From: Lama glama
Taxonomy: Eukaryota
Assembly: GCA_028534125.1 (NCBI GenBank)
Contig: CM052816.1
Location: 4,280,001 to 4,344,000 of the forward strand
DNA: 64,000 bases
Reading direction: 5' to 3'
The translations under genes and the position numbers were made by a program. Under the pieces are notes generated by a model. The model was not told where the DNA came from. It did no database searches and saw only the letters and a list, made by a program, of their open reading frames with translations. Below are positions 37,255 to 51,132 of the stretch, one piece after another. Numbering within the stretch: position 1 is the first letter of the stretch; every line of letters starts with the position of its first letter.

Positions 37255-37400
37255 GACAAGGCACTCTCCTCTCACTTTTACACATAAGGAAGCTGAGGCT
37301 CCATGAATCCAGGCAATTTGTTAACTGTAGTATGGGTCAGCATTATGATTCAAACTGAAATTCGACCAACTCCAAAGCCTGGACACTTTTACTACATTGG
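37255..37400 (-). mobile_element. MIR SINE
   Basis: ttttacacataaggaagctgaggctc...tgattcaaactgaaattcgaccaactccaaagcc. Confidence 0.65.
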
Positions 37401-37466
37401 CTCCCCTCCACATGGCGTAACAATGAGAGTGATCAAAGTGGGGTTGAAGACATGGGTTCCAGTCTT

Positions 37467-38101
37467 TTTTTTTTTTTTAATTGAAGCATAGCCAGATTAC
37501 AATGTGTGAATTTCTGGTGTACAGCATAATATTTCAGTCATACACCCATCCATCCATATATTCCTTTTCATATTCTTCATTATAGGTTACTAGAAGATAT
37601 TGAATATAGTTCCCTGTGTTATACAGAAGAAACTTGTTGTTTATCTATCTTATATATAGGAGTTAATATTTGCAAATCTCAAACTCCCAATTTAACTCTC
37701 TCCCCTCTTCCCATTGGTAACCATTGTTTGTTGTTTACTATGTCTGTGAGTCTACTTCTGTCCTGTAGATGACTTCATAGTGTCCTTTTTTCTTTTGTTA
37801 GATTCCACATATTAATGGTATTATATGGTATTTTTGTTTCTCTTTCTGGCTTACTTCACTTAGAATGATGATCTCCAGGTCCATCCATGTTGCTGCAAAT
37901 GGCATTATTTTATTCTTTTTTATGGCTGAGTAACATTCCACTGTATACATATACCACAGTTTCTTTATCCAGTCATCTGTCAATGGACATTTAGGTTGCT
38001 TCCATGTCTTGGCTACTGTAAATAGTGCTGCTATGAACACTGGGGTGCAGGTATCTTTTCAAAATGTATCTCCAGATGTCTGCCCAGGAATGGGATTTCT
38101 G
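37467..38101 (-). mobile_element. 5'-truncated L1 inserted in a MIR
   Basis: ORF 37798-38040 is the ORF2 C-terminus; poly-T tail; 18-bp TSD gacatgggtt(cc/ct)a(g/a)tctt at 37449-37466 and 38102-38119 (2 mismatches). Confidence 0.95.
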
Positions 38102-38459
38102 GACATGGGTTCTAATCTTAACCACTCACTAGTTCAGAGATGCTGGCCTAATTACTAATTTCCTAGGGCCTCATTTTCACCATTCTCACAGGGTTTGGAG
38201 AGGAAAATGCATGTGAAGGTTTCTATAAACTGTCAACTTAGGACAAATCATCGTTAAGTTGTAGAAAATAGAATTGGAACAAGTCAATTATGGAGCATAA
38301 AAAAGAAACTGCATTTATCCTTCCTATAAAAGCAACTTGCCTCCTAAGAGTAAGTATTCTCTCAAGTATTTAATAATATAAAGACTTTCATCATGGGAGA
38401 TTTGATAATGATTACACCCACCAATACCTGCCAACTTGTGTCCATCCTCATAATAATGA

Positions 38460-38670
38460 CAGTAATAAAAGTCTCTCTCCATTTATTGAGTGCTTAGCCT
38501 TCGCCAGATTTGCCTTCAAGTATTAACTCATTGTCAGAAAACCCCAAGGAGGTAGGTGTTACTATAGTCCCCATTTTACAGATGAGGAAACAGGGGCACA
38601 GAGAGGTGAAGTCACGTGTCAAGGGAAGTGTTAGGATGTGAGTCCAGACAGCCCTGCTCACCACTCCACA
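38460..38670 (-). mobile_element. MIR SINE
   Basis: catttattgagtgctt...ggaggtaggtgttactatagtccccattttacagatgaggaaacaggggcacagagaggtgaagtcac. Confidence 0.9.
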
Positions 38671-41031
38671 TGTGTAAGGACGGCAGGACTACAATGCGTA
38701 CTGAAAATCAGTCCTCAGATAATTCATTATGCTTTTTACAGAAAGGTATCATTTCTGGAAGAGGGGATGCCTACCTCTGGTGAATGTTAAACTACTTCCA
38801 GGCGAGTTTAGCAGAGTGGAAATATTCAAGATTAACACTCCAGTGGCATATCACTGGCTTTCCATAGCAGCTTAAGCCCTTCCTAATCTTATTTTTCATC
38901 AGGTCCTGGTGACTCATGACAGGCTAATGATTTTCTTTCCCCTAAGAGTTTCTCTCTTTCAATCTGTTGCAGCTGTCCTGGTGTAGTAATCTGGGGTTAG
39001 AACAGGAACATCAAATACGAATTTGCAGCTGAAGAGTTCTGACTCCCAGGAGGAGAGGGTGAGATGCACACGAACTAGTAATAATGACACCACCAGGAAC
39101 AAAGAGCCAGGCGATGCTTTTCCACACATACTGAAGCCAGTGTTTACTGCCATTGCTTACTTAGTTTTAATTTATAGCAAAAGACTGAACGTGAGCTAGT
39201 TACCAGAAATGATTCTGCCTCTCCTCTGGGCACCTCAGAGTTTTGTCCAGAACCCTGTGCTAACATGCATCATATCCCAAAGGTGCTACATCACATACCA
39301 CTTAGTTCATTGGCCGATTCCCTAACTTCGGAAAAAGAGGATAAAGATGGTCAAGGGCTTGGGAGCGACATCTACTCAGTTATTTAGCAGGACCTCCACA
39401 AGGAAAGACAGGACACAGGAGGCAATCCCCTCTCTACACTAAGTTTTCAAAGCAAAATACGTCTGTGGACATGATCAAGCAAGGTTGAGATTTAGATCAA
39501 TTAACAGTGAACATCTATCATATATCAGTTCCTGGGCTACATGCCTTCCTACATGTTATCTTACACCATGCCCAAAAGAACAAGTAAAAATATCCATACG
39601 CATCCATGTTACAGAGACTTAATATTCAAGAAGAATGGAGAAAACCCTGCAGGTGAACTGAAACACTTTAGAATTCTCCCTTTCTCTCTCACTCAGTGCC
39701 GGGGATTATCCAGACAACTGCCTATAGACTTTTTTCTTTTGTTCCATCACTGAATCTAGTTCACTATTTCTCAAACCTCAGTGCGCAAAATAATAACTGT
39801 CCAGGGTTACAGACACCAAATTTTATTTGCTGTGCTTCATGGTCAATTTCAGGACATTTCAAGGGTATTTTCAGGGCTTCTGTGTAAACTTGAGAAGTTG
39901 AACCCAGCATGGACATGCCTGGCTCAGAGGGCAACGGGGGCTGAAACCCAGCCTGTGTCCTACTGTTCAGCTGATTCACCTGGGAGGAACTTACAATTCA
40001 TTTGTCCAGAGAGGGGTTCTTAGGAACTGACTTTAGAATTTAACTATTTAGATCTAAGTCAATTGTTCATGTTTATACCTCTCCTTCTTGGAATGTATGC
40101 TCAGGGGCCCTAGTTAATCATTTCTGTATTCTCAGCATCTTGTTCAGTGCCTGGAAGATAGCAGATTCTCACTAAGGGATGGTTAGTGTGCCATGGCACG
40201 CTAACTTACTTCATGTAAGTTTTATAAAATCTTAGCCTACGTCCAAGTAACAGAGATAAAATGTGTGGTATTTCAGGCATGTAGTAATCATCAAATAAAC
40301 CTCATAAAATCTCTATGAATGGGCATTATTATTATTTTATGCCCATTTTTATCTGAGGAAACATGCATTTATTTTACATATTTAATTAATATTAATCTAT
40401 TTAACAGTATTAAAATCATAGTATGATCTCACCTTTTCTCTGAAATATTAAGCAATATTGTTCCTTATCATTACATATTATTTTGAAGCATATTTTTATA
40501 TTTTGCGAAATAAATATCCTATCATATTAAAGTTGTGTTCTAATTTATTAAAGCATTCTCCTATAGCTGGACATTTAGACTCTTTGTAATTGTCATGGTT
40601 AAAAATAACTTTCAATGACTAGTCTTACATACAAGCCTTTGCCTTAATTCCTAATCATTAAAAAAAAAGAAAAGAAAAGATAGAAGAGAGTAAGCTTTTT
40701 AAAACTCAGGATATACATGTTTTCTTAAAATTGACCTTGAATGTTTTTTTTCCTGCTTAAAAGTAGAAAGTTTAGGTTTCAAGTAGGTGTTGGATAATTT
40801 ACTCAGAGCTGCTTTATCGCTTTGCATGGCTTTTGCTTTAGGATGACATTTCTATTACTGTCACTACCACTACCATTAAAAGCTAAGAGTTATCGAATGT
40901 TCCCTGTGGGGCTGGGCTCATCAGTGTGCACATACTATCCCATTTAAGCTCTATGACAAGCTCCGGGCCAGTGTGGAAGGTGATCCCATTTGGTCCACAA
41001 CGTACAAACATGCTTTAAGAATAAAGCTACT

Positions 41032-41736
41032 TGGTGCAGCCACTGGGGAAAACAGTACGGAGATTCCTCAAAAGACTAGGAATAGACTTACCACAGGACC
41101 CATGAATCCCACTCCTGGGTGCATATCCAGAAGCAACCCGACTTCAAAGACACCTGCACCCCAATGTTCACAGCAGCACTATTTACAATAGCCAAGACAT
41201 GGAAAAAGCCATTAAATGTCCATCAACAGATGACTGGATAAACAAGTTGTGGTATATTTATACAATGGAATACTATTCAGCCATAAAAACCAACATTAAT
41301 GCCATTTGCAGCAACATGGATGCTCCTGGAGAATGTCATTCTAAGTGAAGTAAGCCAGAAAAAGAAAGAAAAATATATGAGATCACTCATATGTGGAATC
41401 TAAAAAAAGAAAAAAAAAGAAGAAGAACATAAATACAAAACAGAAACTGACTCATTGACATAGAATACAAACTTGTGGTTGCCAAGGGGGAGGGGGAGGG
41501 ACAGACTGGGATTTCAAAATTTGTAGATACTGACAGGCATATGTAGAACAGATAAACAAGATCATACTGTATAGCACAGGGAAATATATACAAGATCTTG
41601 TGGTGGCTCACAGCAAAAAAAAAATGTGACAAGGAATATATGTATGTTCATGTAGAACTGAAAAATTGTGCTGTACACTGGAATTTGACACATTGTACAC
41701 TGACTATAACTCAATTAAAAAAATGTTAAAAAAAAA
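41032..41736 (+). mobile_element. 5'-truncated L1, same subfamily as element B, inserted in a MIR
   Basis: ORF2 end and 3' UTR closely match 35460-36110. 15-bp TSD aagaataaagct(a/g)ct at 41017-41031 and 41737-41751. Confidence 0.96.
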
Positions 41737-42544
41737 AAGAATAAAGCTGCTAATTGAAGCCCTGGCTGTCTGTTATCAAAAGATGTGATCTTGACCACTC
41801 AACCAGCTACCTTTTAGCAGAGGAAACTTCAGGTAATAGTCACCTGAAGGAAAAAAATTACAAAACTTCTATAACTAAAACCATTTCCCTGGATGGCAGT
41901 TTCCAGGTCACACAACATATCCACATGCACTACTTTAATTGGTCACCAAATCACCTCTGTCCATCATCGGCTATATCCTTCCTTCCATCAATGCCTGTTT
42001 GCAATAAGTCAATGAGCTAAACTCAGAGAAAACAAAAACAAAGTAGTTTTTCTAAGGGATTTATAGAAAAACTGTTACTCAGAGGGAACCGGCAAAAGAT
42101 GAGGACTCTGATTACAGTTGGACCTTTCAAACAGCAGTGCTGGGAACTGTATGAAGGAGCGCTGGTCCCTGAGCATGTGACGCAGGGGCTGGAAAACCAG
42201 CAGATGGTGTTCACTCTCCCAGCTTCGGTGGCTGCACCTTCTGGTCTTAGTCAAAATAACCACCTAATCCACCACTCGCAAATCCCTCTCAGCGAGATCA
42301 ATATAGGCTACTGTTGTATGCCTGCAATTCTACACTTTAAAATACAGTTCAGGTAAGGGAAAGGCTTACGTTGTCTTTATCAGTTCTAATTATTATCCCA
42401 ACAGCGACATTCTGAGCAAGACATGAAGTCATAAGAGTCCCACTGGCACACTGGTATCTTTCCTTTCACAGGTCTTCTGCCCGTACCCCATGGAGACTGA
42501 GATCATTGTGCATTCCCTGGACGGAACCCAGTCCCACAGACGTT

Positions 42545-42752
42545 TGTGTGGTGGATAAAAGCGTGGACTCTCAGTCAGGATTCCTGGGCTCGAATCCTGC
42601 CTCTGCCACTAATGAGCTATGCACCTTTAAGACAGTAATGAGGATTCTCTGCCTCAGCATTCTCATCTGTGGAGTGGGCACAGGTTGTGTAGCGTTGTGG
42701 TGAGGAATAAGGGACTTCGTATATGGTAAAGCACACAGTAAGTGCTATTGTT
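42545..42752 (+). mobile_element. MIR SINE
   Basis: gtggataaaagcgtggactc...cctgggctcgaatcctgcctctgccactaatgagct...ctctgcctcagcattctcatctgt. Confidence 0.9.
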
Positions 42753-42811
42753 ATGTTGTTGTTGGTGGTATTATTATTATTATTATCATCATCATCATCA
42801 TCATCATCATC
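42748..42811. repeat. Compound (TTG)n(TTA)n(TCA)n trinucleotide repeat at the MIR tail
   Basis: Direct read; gives the spurious poly-Y/H and poly-L/S ORFs. Confidence 0.92.
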
Positions 42812-43027
42812 CCCTCCTGTCAGTTGTCACTTATCACATGATACACTCGTACTCCTCCAGCTGCCAAGTGAGAGAATGGTTAACACACTTAAATCCTGCT
42901 GCATTTACAAGAGCTAATTGTTTTGGCATACTCCTCCTGGGTCATTTCCATTGGGGAAGAGAACTACTGAATACTGAAAAGCTGGAAAACAAAGAAATTG
43001 AATTCTCAAGATAAAATTTCAGGAGAT

Positions 43028-43135
43028 TAGATAGATAGGTAGATATGTAATTTATATATATATATATATATAAATATAAATAGATATATAGAAAGAAATA
43101 TATATATACAGAGAGAGAGAGATCAGATAGAAAGA
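43028..43135. repeat. Compound (GATA)/(TA)n/(GA)n low-complexity repeat
   Basis: Direct read. Confidence 0.85.
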
Positions 43136-44479
43136 TAAACAGGTCTCCAAGGTTTCTTGAAGCACATTTCAGATTTGAAAAATATTCAAGCTAGAAGGAA
43201 CTTTAAAAATATACAGTCCCTTCTCATTGTACACGTGGAAAAGCTGAACCCCAGAGAGACAGAGTTACTTACTCCCAAATAACCACGTGTGCTGTGACTA
43301 TAATCCAGTTTCATGACGCCCAGTCTAGTTCTCTTTCCACTAGGTCATGTTGTTCTTTCTCCTGTCTAGACAATTCATAGAATATTCTTGAAAAAAAATG
43401 TGTAGCGATGGAAGCTGCAAAATAAAAATGTACTACCTCTTTAAAAAACATGCTGGAAGAGGCAGAAAGATAGCTGAGATCCTGGCACTCTCTGCCGTGA
43501 ATAGCTCCATTCCCAAAGCAAGGTGTATATATACAATTTCTAAGCCACAACTCTCGCTCTGCCCTCCTAGCACGATCCCAGCCTTGTCCCTCTCACTTGA
43601 GGGGTGTCCAGCCTAATCCGAACTTGGTCCACATTCCATTGCCCCTCCTCACACCCGTTGCCATGATCTGCCTCTTCCTCCTCCTCTCTTCTTGAAATAC
43701 CCACTCCTCCCAACTCTGAGTTCTGCCCATTGGAATCTTACTACTATTTTGAGATCATCTCTGCCTGCCATCCCAATAAAGTAATTCTCCTGCTCTCCCA
43801 TCTGTAAGTAAAATGCGCTTGCTTTCCAGTGGAGAATTATCTCATACTCCCACATCTTGACACTATCTGTACACATCTCTTATCTCCCCTGCTATACTGA
43901 AAGCTTGTTCAGGGCTACATCATAACCTGATTCATTTCTGTTCCCCTTGTAGCAATCAGTATGTCTTTATAAAGTGTCTACTGAACTGAATAAGGGAAAA
44001 TACATTCTATGTACCTGGTTCTTTAGAAAATCTACAGTGAAAATGTCTTTCATTGTGTCTCTATTCTAAAACATCTTTGCTTTGCTCTAATTTATGATGT
44101 GAATTTTTGTCATAGGCTATTTTTTTCAATTACATACATCTCCTACTGTAAAATAATGTCAATGCCCATTCTTCTGGGGTGCTTCAGCAGCCAGGAGAGT
44201 GAGAAGCCCGAAAAAGTGGACCCACTACCTCTTTTTCAACTGGACATGGCATTAGTGTATGTAGCTATTTTTTGTGTATCAAGATATACTCAGACTTCAT
44301 ATGGGAAGAACAAAAGAACTCTCCTGTTTTGCTCTTGAGCTAATAATTTCCCTTGGCCCTTCATAAAAAATCTCATGCTCTTTAAATAATTCTGATATTT
44401 GGGAAAGAAGAGTTCATTAGCCAAAAAGCCAAACACTTTGAATAGATAATTTACATGCAAGAGAATAAAAATAATAAGC

Positions 44480-45150
44480 AAACAAATTAAGAAAATTATC
44501 ATCTTCACAAGGAAGAAACTCTAATTAAATTAATATGAAAGTGATTTTAAGTCTTTTATAAAATTAGCAAAAACATTTCTGATGATTAAATATATTGTTG
44601 GCATGGATAAAAGAAAAGCAGCTCCCATATACATTGCTAGAGGCAGAGCAAAATTGGTAGAATTCTAAAATTAAAACGACAAACGGCAAGAACTATAAAA
44701 ATGTTTTCACCCTCCCAGTAAATCTGTTTTTGGGAAAATGTACGCTTAAAATAATTGAATTGAAGGAAAAAAATAGTATATGTATAGCAGTATTTATCGC
44801 AGCATTAGTAGGAATAAAATAAAACCAGGAAGCAATCTAGAAATGTAACAATAAGGCAATGATTTAGTCAATTGCAACAGATCATCATGATGGAGTTTCA
44901 TGCTGTTAAATTACTGTAACTATACAGAAATGGAGAAAATGTTTATGGTGTACAGTTAAATGAGAAATGCAAAATACAAAATGCTACACACTATGATTGC
45001 AACAGTGTAAAATCTACATACGTACTGAAGGTTTGGAGAGCGATATATAAAAATAAAGACAGTTGTGCAGTAGCTGTGTTCCAGCAATGAGCTAACAAGG
45101 AACTTATTTTTTAAAGGTATAAATCCTCAAAACTTCTTAAAATTTTGAAT
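44480..45150 (+). mobile_element. Very old L1ME-like 3' fragment
   Basis: ctcccatatacattgctagaggcagagcaaaattggt...tatttatcgcagcattag...atgtttatggtgtacagttaaatgagaaa. Confidence 0.7.
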
Positions 45151-46659
45151 TTTTTTTATTACCCAAGCTACTTTCACACCAGCCATATACTCACAAGCCC
45201 ACATGACTGCTCAGTGATTTTCCATCCTTACCTTATTAGCTAAGCTAATATGCTTACTGAGACCTGCATATGACTTATTCACTCTATTCAAAGTAAGTTT
45301 ATGTAAATCACAGCCTTGCTTTGTCCCTACAAATTCCTAAGCTCTTATATCTTCAACATTTTGCTCAAAACTCATCTCCTCTAAAAAGCTCTCCTTCAGT
45401 AATTCTCAAAGACTTGTTTATTCACTATCATCTCAATAACTAATTATTTCTATTACTTAATGCATCATGTTCTAAGTGCTCTTCAATTGTTAGATTATGT
45501 GTGTTTTTATCTTTCTAAACACATTTCAAATTTTCCAAAGAAAAGACCAGTCATCTTTTTTTTTTCTTTCATCCTTTCTAATTAAGCCAAGTACAAAGAT
45601 TTTCACATGGGGAATACTCAGGAAATTTGCTCAATGGACTGAACCCTAAATTTTCTAACTTCAAAATTTCTAGCCAGTTTGCTTGTAAATGCAAGCACCA
45701 ATCAGTGTTTTCCAACACACTGAATCTGTCTACATTTGGCTTCTGTTTTTGCTTTTCAATTTTTATTTGCTGCCAATTTTTCTTAATTACTGACATATTT
45801 CGGATAACCAGCAATAATGTTTCAAATGAACTTGTTTTTACTGTGCATCATGTATATGGTTTCATGCAGTGTCCAACTACTATTCTAGAAAGACCTTCTG
45901 GATTTTAACTTTATGTTAAGAATAGCAAGTGTATCTCAACTTCACAAATGTGGATTCTAATTTTCTCTATGAACTACCTTAAAGGATACATAACAAACAG
46001 GCAAAAATTGGTAAATAACAAAAATGACAAAGATCATCAGCAATTTAAAGAGCAAGAAAACATGGAAATCTAAGATATGTAGTCTGGTCTGAATATGATT
46101 TGAGCTGGTGGAAATAACACAGGCATGTCTGAAAAAAAATTAAAATAAGTGAGGTAAGTAATTTACAGCATGTGTACTAATACAAAATTAACACTAACTG
46201 AAACAAATAATAACGCTAGAATCAAAGACATGTGTTAAAGTTCTTAAATCAAGTAGAAGGTTTAGTCAAAACCATAAAAGATTATATGGACACTGATGAA
46301 CCGTAAGAAATAATCATTGATTATTTTATCTGCTTTCTAGGAAAATGTCCCACTGATTCAAAACCTTTTGGTTATTCTATTTTCTTACAATTAAGACTTA
46401 TATACAAAACCATTTTGACTTTTGTTGAAACACTTTCTAAAATACTAGTAATGTTTACCACCTTAGTAAACACAGTCAATGAGGTTTAATTTGCGATTGA
46501 TGATTTAAGATCTTGAAGATACACAGGACATTCTTTTGTATAGTAAACAGGTACTAGTTTTAAAGTATTGGTATCAAGGCCTTGCCTGGTCCTTCCAAAA
46601 TGAATATGGTATCCCTTCTTATGTTTTCACATATACTTAATTATTATACTTATGACTTT

Positions 46660-47205
46660 ATATTCATTCATTCAATTACTCAATCAATGGGCTGGGCAGC
46701 ATGTGGAGGTTACCACAATGAATGACTCCGCCTCTATCCCTAAGCCCATGAAGCTAAGAGTCTAGGACAGGAAGCAGAAATTAAGCAACAATTGAAAAAT
46801 AACCAATTATACTGCTGATACAAGACAGGAAGGGAAAACACAGGGAGTGATGAGAATACACAGCAAGAGGTAGAAATCTTATTTCAGAGGACAAAGAAGG
46901 CATCCTTGGAAAAGTGAGAATTTTAGGTAAATGGTAAACACTGAGTGAAGGGCTAGCCAGACAAATGGGAAATAGAAGGACATTCTTGGAAACAGAACGA
47001 GCAAACAGGAAAACTCTGAGATGGAGAGGATCTTGGCATATGTAAGGTGCTGTTAGACCCAAGAGCAACGTGGCTGACGTGTCGCACATAAAGAGAGGGG
47101 AACAAGATGTGGATGGAAACTACGGAGGGGAAGAAAGCACTGGGCCCAAGAGGCCAGATGAAGAATTTGTGCTTTTATCCAAGAACAATGGTAACCATTA
47201 ATTAG
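46660..47205 (-). mobile_element. L2 fragment
   Basis: attcattcattcaa...aaagaaggcatccttggaaaagtgag...gaagaatttgtgcttttatccaagaacaatggtaaccatt. Confidence 0.75.
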
Positions 47206-48439
47206 CCATGTAGATGCTTGTCTCTAAATATTAGTGCATGATCTTGTTTCGAAATCCCACAGTCCCAACATCTGGGGGAGCACCTGGCACATAGTGGGTG
47301 CTCAGCCCTTGTTGGATGACTAACTGAAAGAATGAATGAATCACCCCTCATCTCTCCATCCAAAAAATAAAGAGATGCTGAATGACCGAGGACTTTGATT
47401 TAGTGGGAAGAGGTGAGGGACGATTCCACGATGTCACTACTGTTTACCACCTGTTGTTTTACGGTGGCTTTTAAATATATATACATTGGCACTGGTGTCC
47501 AAAGGAGCACATCGAGAGGCTCCCAGACAACCGAACTGCTCCATAATCAAAAGAAAAGTCTGGCCAGGACAGGATCCCAGTGAAATCTCCCTGGAAATCT
47601 ACCAAATCACAAGCCAATGTTCTGAGCTGACAGTGTCAACCAACAAGCCTTCAGACGAATACCAAACAGGGTGCCAGCTTCACACCACCAAAAGTACCCA
47701 GAAGAAAAGTGCTGCCCCTCAGCAGTGCCCTGGGAGTGTGGCTGAGATGTGATAAGACTCAGGGCTTTGATTAGGACCTGTTCACAGGGTGTTCTGATCA
47801 GGAGGTGTTGTGTTTTTAGTCTCTAGCTGGCCCTTTGCTCTCAGTTGAATTCAGGTGTGCACAGGCCTTTTCTTTTCAAGAGTGCAGACAGAAACCTCTT
47901 GCAGCTTCAAACGTAGTCCCCTCTCCTTTGCAGTCCACTTGATAGTCTGTCTTTCTTTCTGTACTGTTGAATATGAGCTTTGATCATCTCACTCCCCTGC
48001 CCCACCTTCAGTGGCTCACCGTTGCCGGAAAAATAAAATAAAACCTTCTAAGCTTGTCACATAACATGCCGAACCGCCCACCTGCCCAACATGCCCGTCT
48101 AACCTCTTTTCTCACTTCCCCTCCATGTATTCACTGTCATCAAGGCATTGTTTTGCTTATTCGATGCAATGACCAACATAACCAGCTTCAGATACTCCCT
48201 TCTTCCTTCCTTTCCTTTTCTTTTTAGTCTTACCATCAATTACCTCCACAACTGAAATCAAAGTGCCTGAAGACAGAGGAGTCATCGGAGTCTAAAACAA
48301 ACCTTCCAAGTCTCTCACTGAAAGCATTCCTTTCTTGCACAAAACACAACCATGATGATGCCTGACTTGCTCCCAGAATGGCTGCACGACTAAAACCGCA
48401 GTAATAGTACTCAAAAGAAGATAATGATTTAACTCCATG

Positions 48440-48610
48440 TGATTAAAGATACCCTGGAAAAACCAGTTAAAAACATAGATTTCTCAGCTTGCTTCCCAAA
48501 ATTGTGATGAACCAGTCCAGCAAAGTCTGGGAAACTAGATGCATAATTAGCATCCTACCTGGTTCTGATTTAAATGGTCCAAAGATGATACTTTAAGAAA
48601 CCCTGGTCTA
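48440..48610. mobile_element. MER5-like hAT MITE
   Basis: gataccctggaaaaacc...aattagcatcctacctggttctgat...tggtccaaagatgatactttaagaaaccctggtcta. Confidence 0.55.
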
Positions 48611-50669
48611 CAGTGTTGAGATGCACTTCTGATGCTTCAAACGGACTGCTCTTCTAACTAACTATATTTCTCTATGGACATGCTAAAGGCAGAATTCAGC
48701 TGCATACTGGTTTTTTTGGTGACCGGAAATTTTTGGAGGAAATTAAGCAGTGACAATAACTTTAGAGAATAGCTCTATGGTAGTTTATTTGGTTTTAGAT
48801 GGTCTGAGGATGCTCATCCCCAGCCTTCAATAAGGAATTACCGTGGGGAGGTCACACTGACACTGGAGCAGCGTTCTGAACAATAGACCATAGATTAGTA
48901 CTTCTTCCTTGGCCCAATTTATTCTCTAAGGAACATGTCTCTTCTTAAGGATCCAGGTTTATTCCACAAATATCTTTGACGTGTCTGCCAATACCCAGGC
49001 ATGGAACTGTGTGCCAGTTTGAAAACCCCAACATTGGTTCGGTTCTGTGAAACAGACATTCTGTGCCACACTTCTGCATACAGTGATTACACCCAGCATC
49101 AGTTAAATGACAAAGAGGAAAGGGCATTTTTGGAAAACCTGGTGATTTATTGGTAGTTCCCTGGCACCTGTAATCCAGAACTGAATGAAGTTTATTCCTC
49201 ACAAAGCACACATTAAAGGAAAATTACTCAGAGAAAACCTCTCTGCCCCATAAAATCACATGATTGATATTTTTAAGCCAAATCTTTTTATCTACCCTTT
49301 ACTGCCAACATTTTCAGGTAGCAATTTTTCATGGAGTTAATGTTTATCAACATTTTTGATGGATTTTGTCAATATTCAGTTCTTCGTCTTACCTTTATTT
49401 AACTTAGAAAGGTTAATTATAACTGTACTAAAGGCAACTAACATCACTGATACAACAGTCAAAGAAAGATACCTATGCTATTATGAAATATAAATAAAAC
49501 AAAATGGCATTTATAACTCTATAGGCTGTCCTAAAAAATAGACTTAACATTTGGAAGAAGGGGAAAAACAACACTGAAGTAACATATACAACCATCGAAC
49601 AGCAGAACATCTGGGAAGGCTTCTGCTTTAAAGAGCAAGACTAAACCCAAATTATTAAAAGCTGTGTATTGGCTTCTGCATAGAAATAACAGAACATGAA
49701 GAAAGACTACTTGATAAGAAAAAAAAATGAAAAAAAGAAAGAAATACATGGTTTACTTGGTTTAAGGCAGCAACAATCAGATTTATAATGGCTATTTCAC
49801 TGGCGACTGTGCAATCTTAAATTAATATCCTCATTATCTTTAGTGAAAATGGAAACATCAAAGCATATACATTCTTTGTTAATTACATCCAGTGAAAATA
49901 ATAACCGTGGATAAATAATTGTTACGGCAATAAACAACCAACATTTAAGCCAATTTGAAAGGAAAAGAGAAAAAGAGAATTTTAGCCCTGTAAAAGCAGG
50001 TTCATTTCACTATGACCTTTCACTTTATACAAGAACCAACCAAGGCTCACAGAGCCCCACTGACTTGCTAAGATCACACATTCCAGAAAGTCTCACCCCA
50101 GATGACTATTACCCTGTGACATCTTCATGTATCAAGTCTTCAGGAATTAAAGATATAGCTTTCATAAAGTAATCCTCAGTATCTGTTGCCATGTTTATGG
50201 ATACCTGATGTTCACTCAGGACCTAAGATTTTCATTTATTTCCTTAACCTCTTGTTTACTCTCCACAAGATGCGTGTCCCTTCTAGAAATGTTGGGCCCT
50301 TTTCTCCTCCTTCTTCTCTTCTCTTCACTTTTTTTCCCTCTCTGCCTCTCCTGCTCTGTTTCTTCTCACTTTTCATTCTTGCTTTCTAGTCCTTATCTGG
50401 GAGTCTAGAGCTCATGGGTATGAATCCAGGCATTAGAAAGCTGAGAAAATCAGCAAGCTTGTTCTTTACTTCAAGAATCAGTGACATTAAGACTTGCTGG
50501 AAAAGGCTGATGATCTAAACTCAACGTTCAGCCAGGGATGTCTCCAAACAGAATGGTTTCCTTACTGACCCATGATTATATTGACGATCTCTTGGTTCAT
50601 CTTAATAATTTTAAGCACACAACCAAGATAGGTTCTGTCCTTTCCCTGTTAAGAGTTAACAACGTGCTG

Positions 50670-51028
50670 GAAACAAGATGATTGCATTCCCCCAAAATCC
50701 ACTGTGTTGAACTTAATTCTCACTGTGACGGTATTAGGAGGAGGGACCTTTTGGAAGAGATTAGGTAGGTGATGGGGGTGGAGCCCTCATGAACTGGGTT
50801 AGTGCCCTTATAAAAGAGACCTCAGAGAGCTCCCTCGTCTCTTCTGCCACATGCAGCACAGTGAGAAGACACCTAAGAACCAGGAGCAGGCCCTTACAGA
50901 TACCAACTCTGCCAGTACCTTGATCTTTAAGTTCCTGGCCCTCAGGACAATAAGAAATTAATTTTTGTTATTTTAAGTCACCCACTCTATAGTACTTTGT
51001 TATAGTAACCTGAAAAGCCTAATGTACA
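50670..51028 (+). mobile_element. MLT1A0/MST-like MaLR LTR
   Basis: ccccaaaatcc...gtattaggaggagggacc...gggtggagccctcatgaactgggttagtgcccttataaaagagac...accttgatct...tttgttatagtaacctgaa. Confidence 0.92.
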
Positions 51029-51039
51029 ATGACATGTAA

Positions 51040-51132
51040 GGGGGAGGGAAATAGCTCAGTGGTTAGAGCACATACTTAGCATGCACAAGGCCCTGGGTTC
51101 AATCCCCACGGCCCCCATTAAAAACAAACACA
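51040..51132 (+). mobile_element. tRNA-Ala(AGC)-derived SINE (camelid vic-1 type)
   Basis: A box TAGCTCAGTGG 51052-51062, anticodon AGC 51078-51080, B box GGTTCAATCC 51096-51105, A-rich tail, flanking acatgta repeat at 51032-51038 and 51133-51139. Confidence 0.85.

Noticed and set aside
42723..43014. Poly-Tyr/His and poly-Leu/Ser ORFs with a signal-peptide look
   Set aside because: Translations of a trinucleotide repeat at a MIR tail.
51040..51117. Functional tRNA-Ala gene
   Set aside because: Altered acceptor arm, an A-rich tail instead of a T terminator, and a flanking repeat: this is a SINE.
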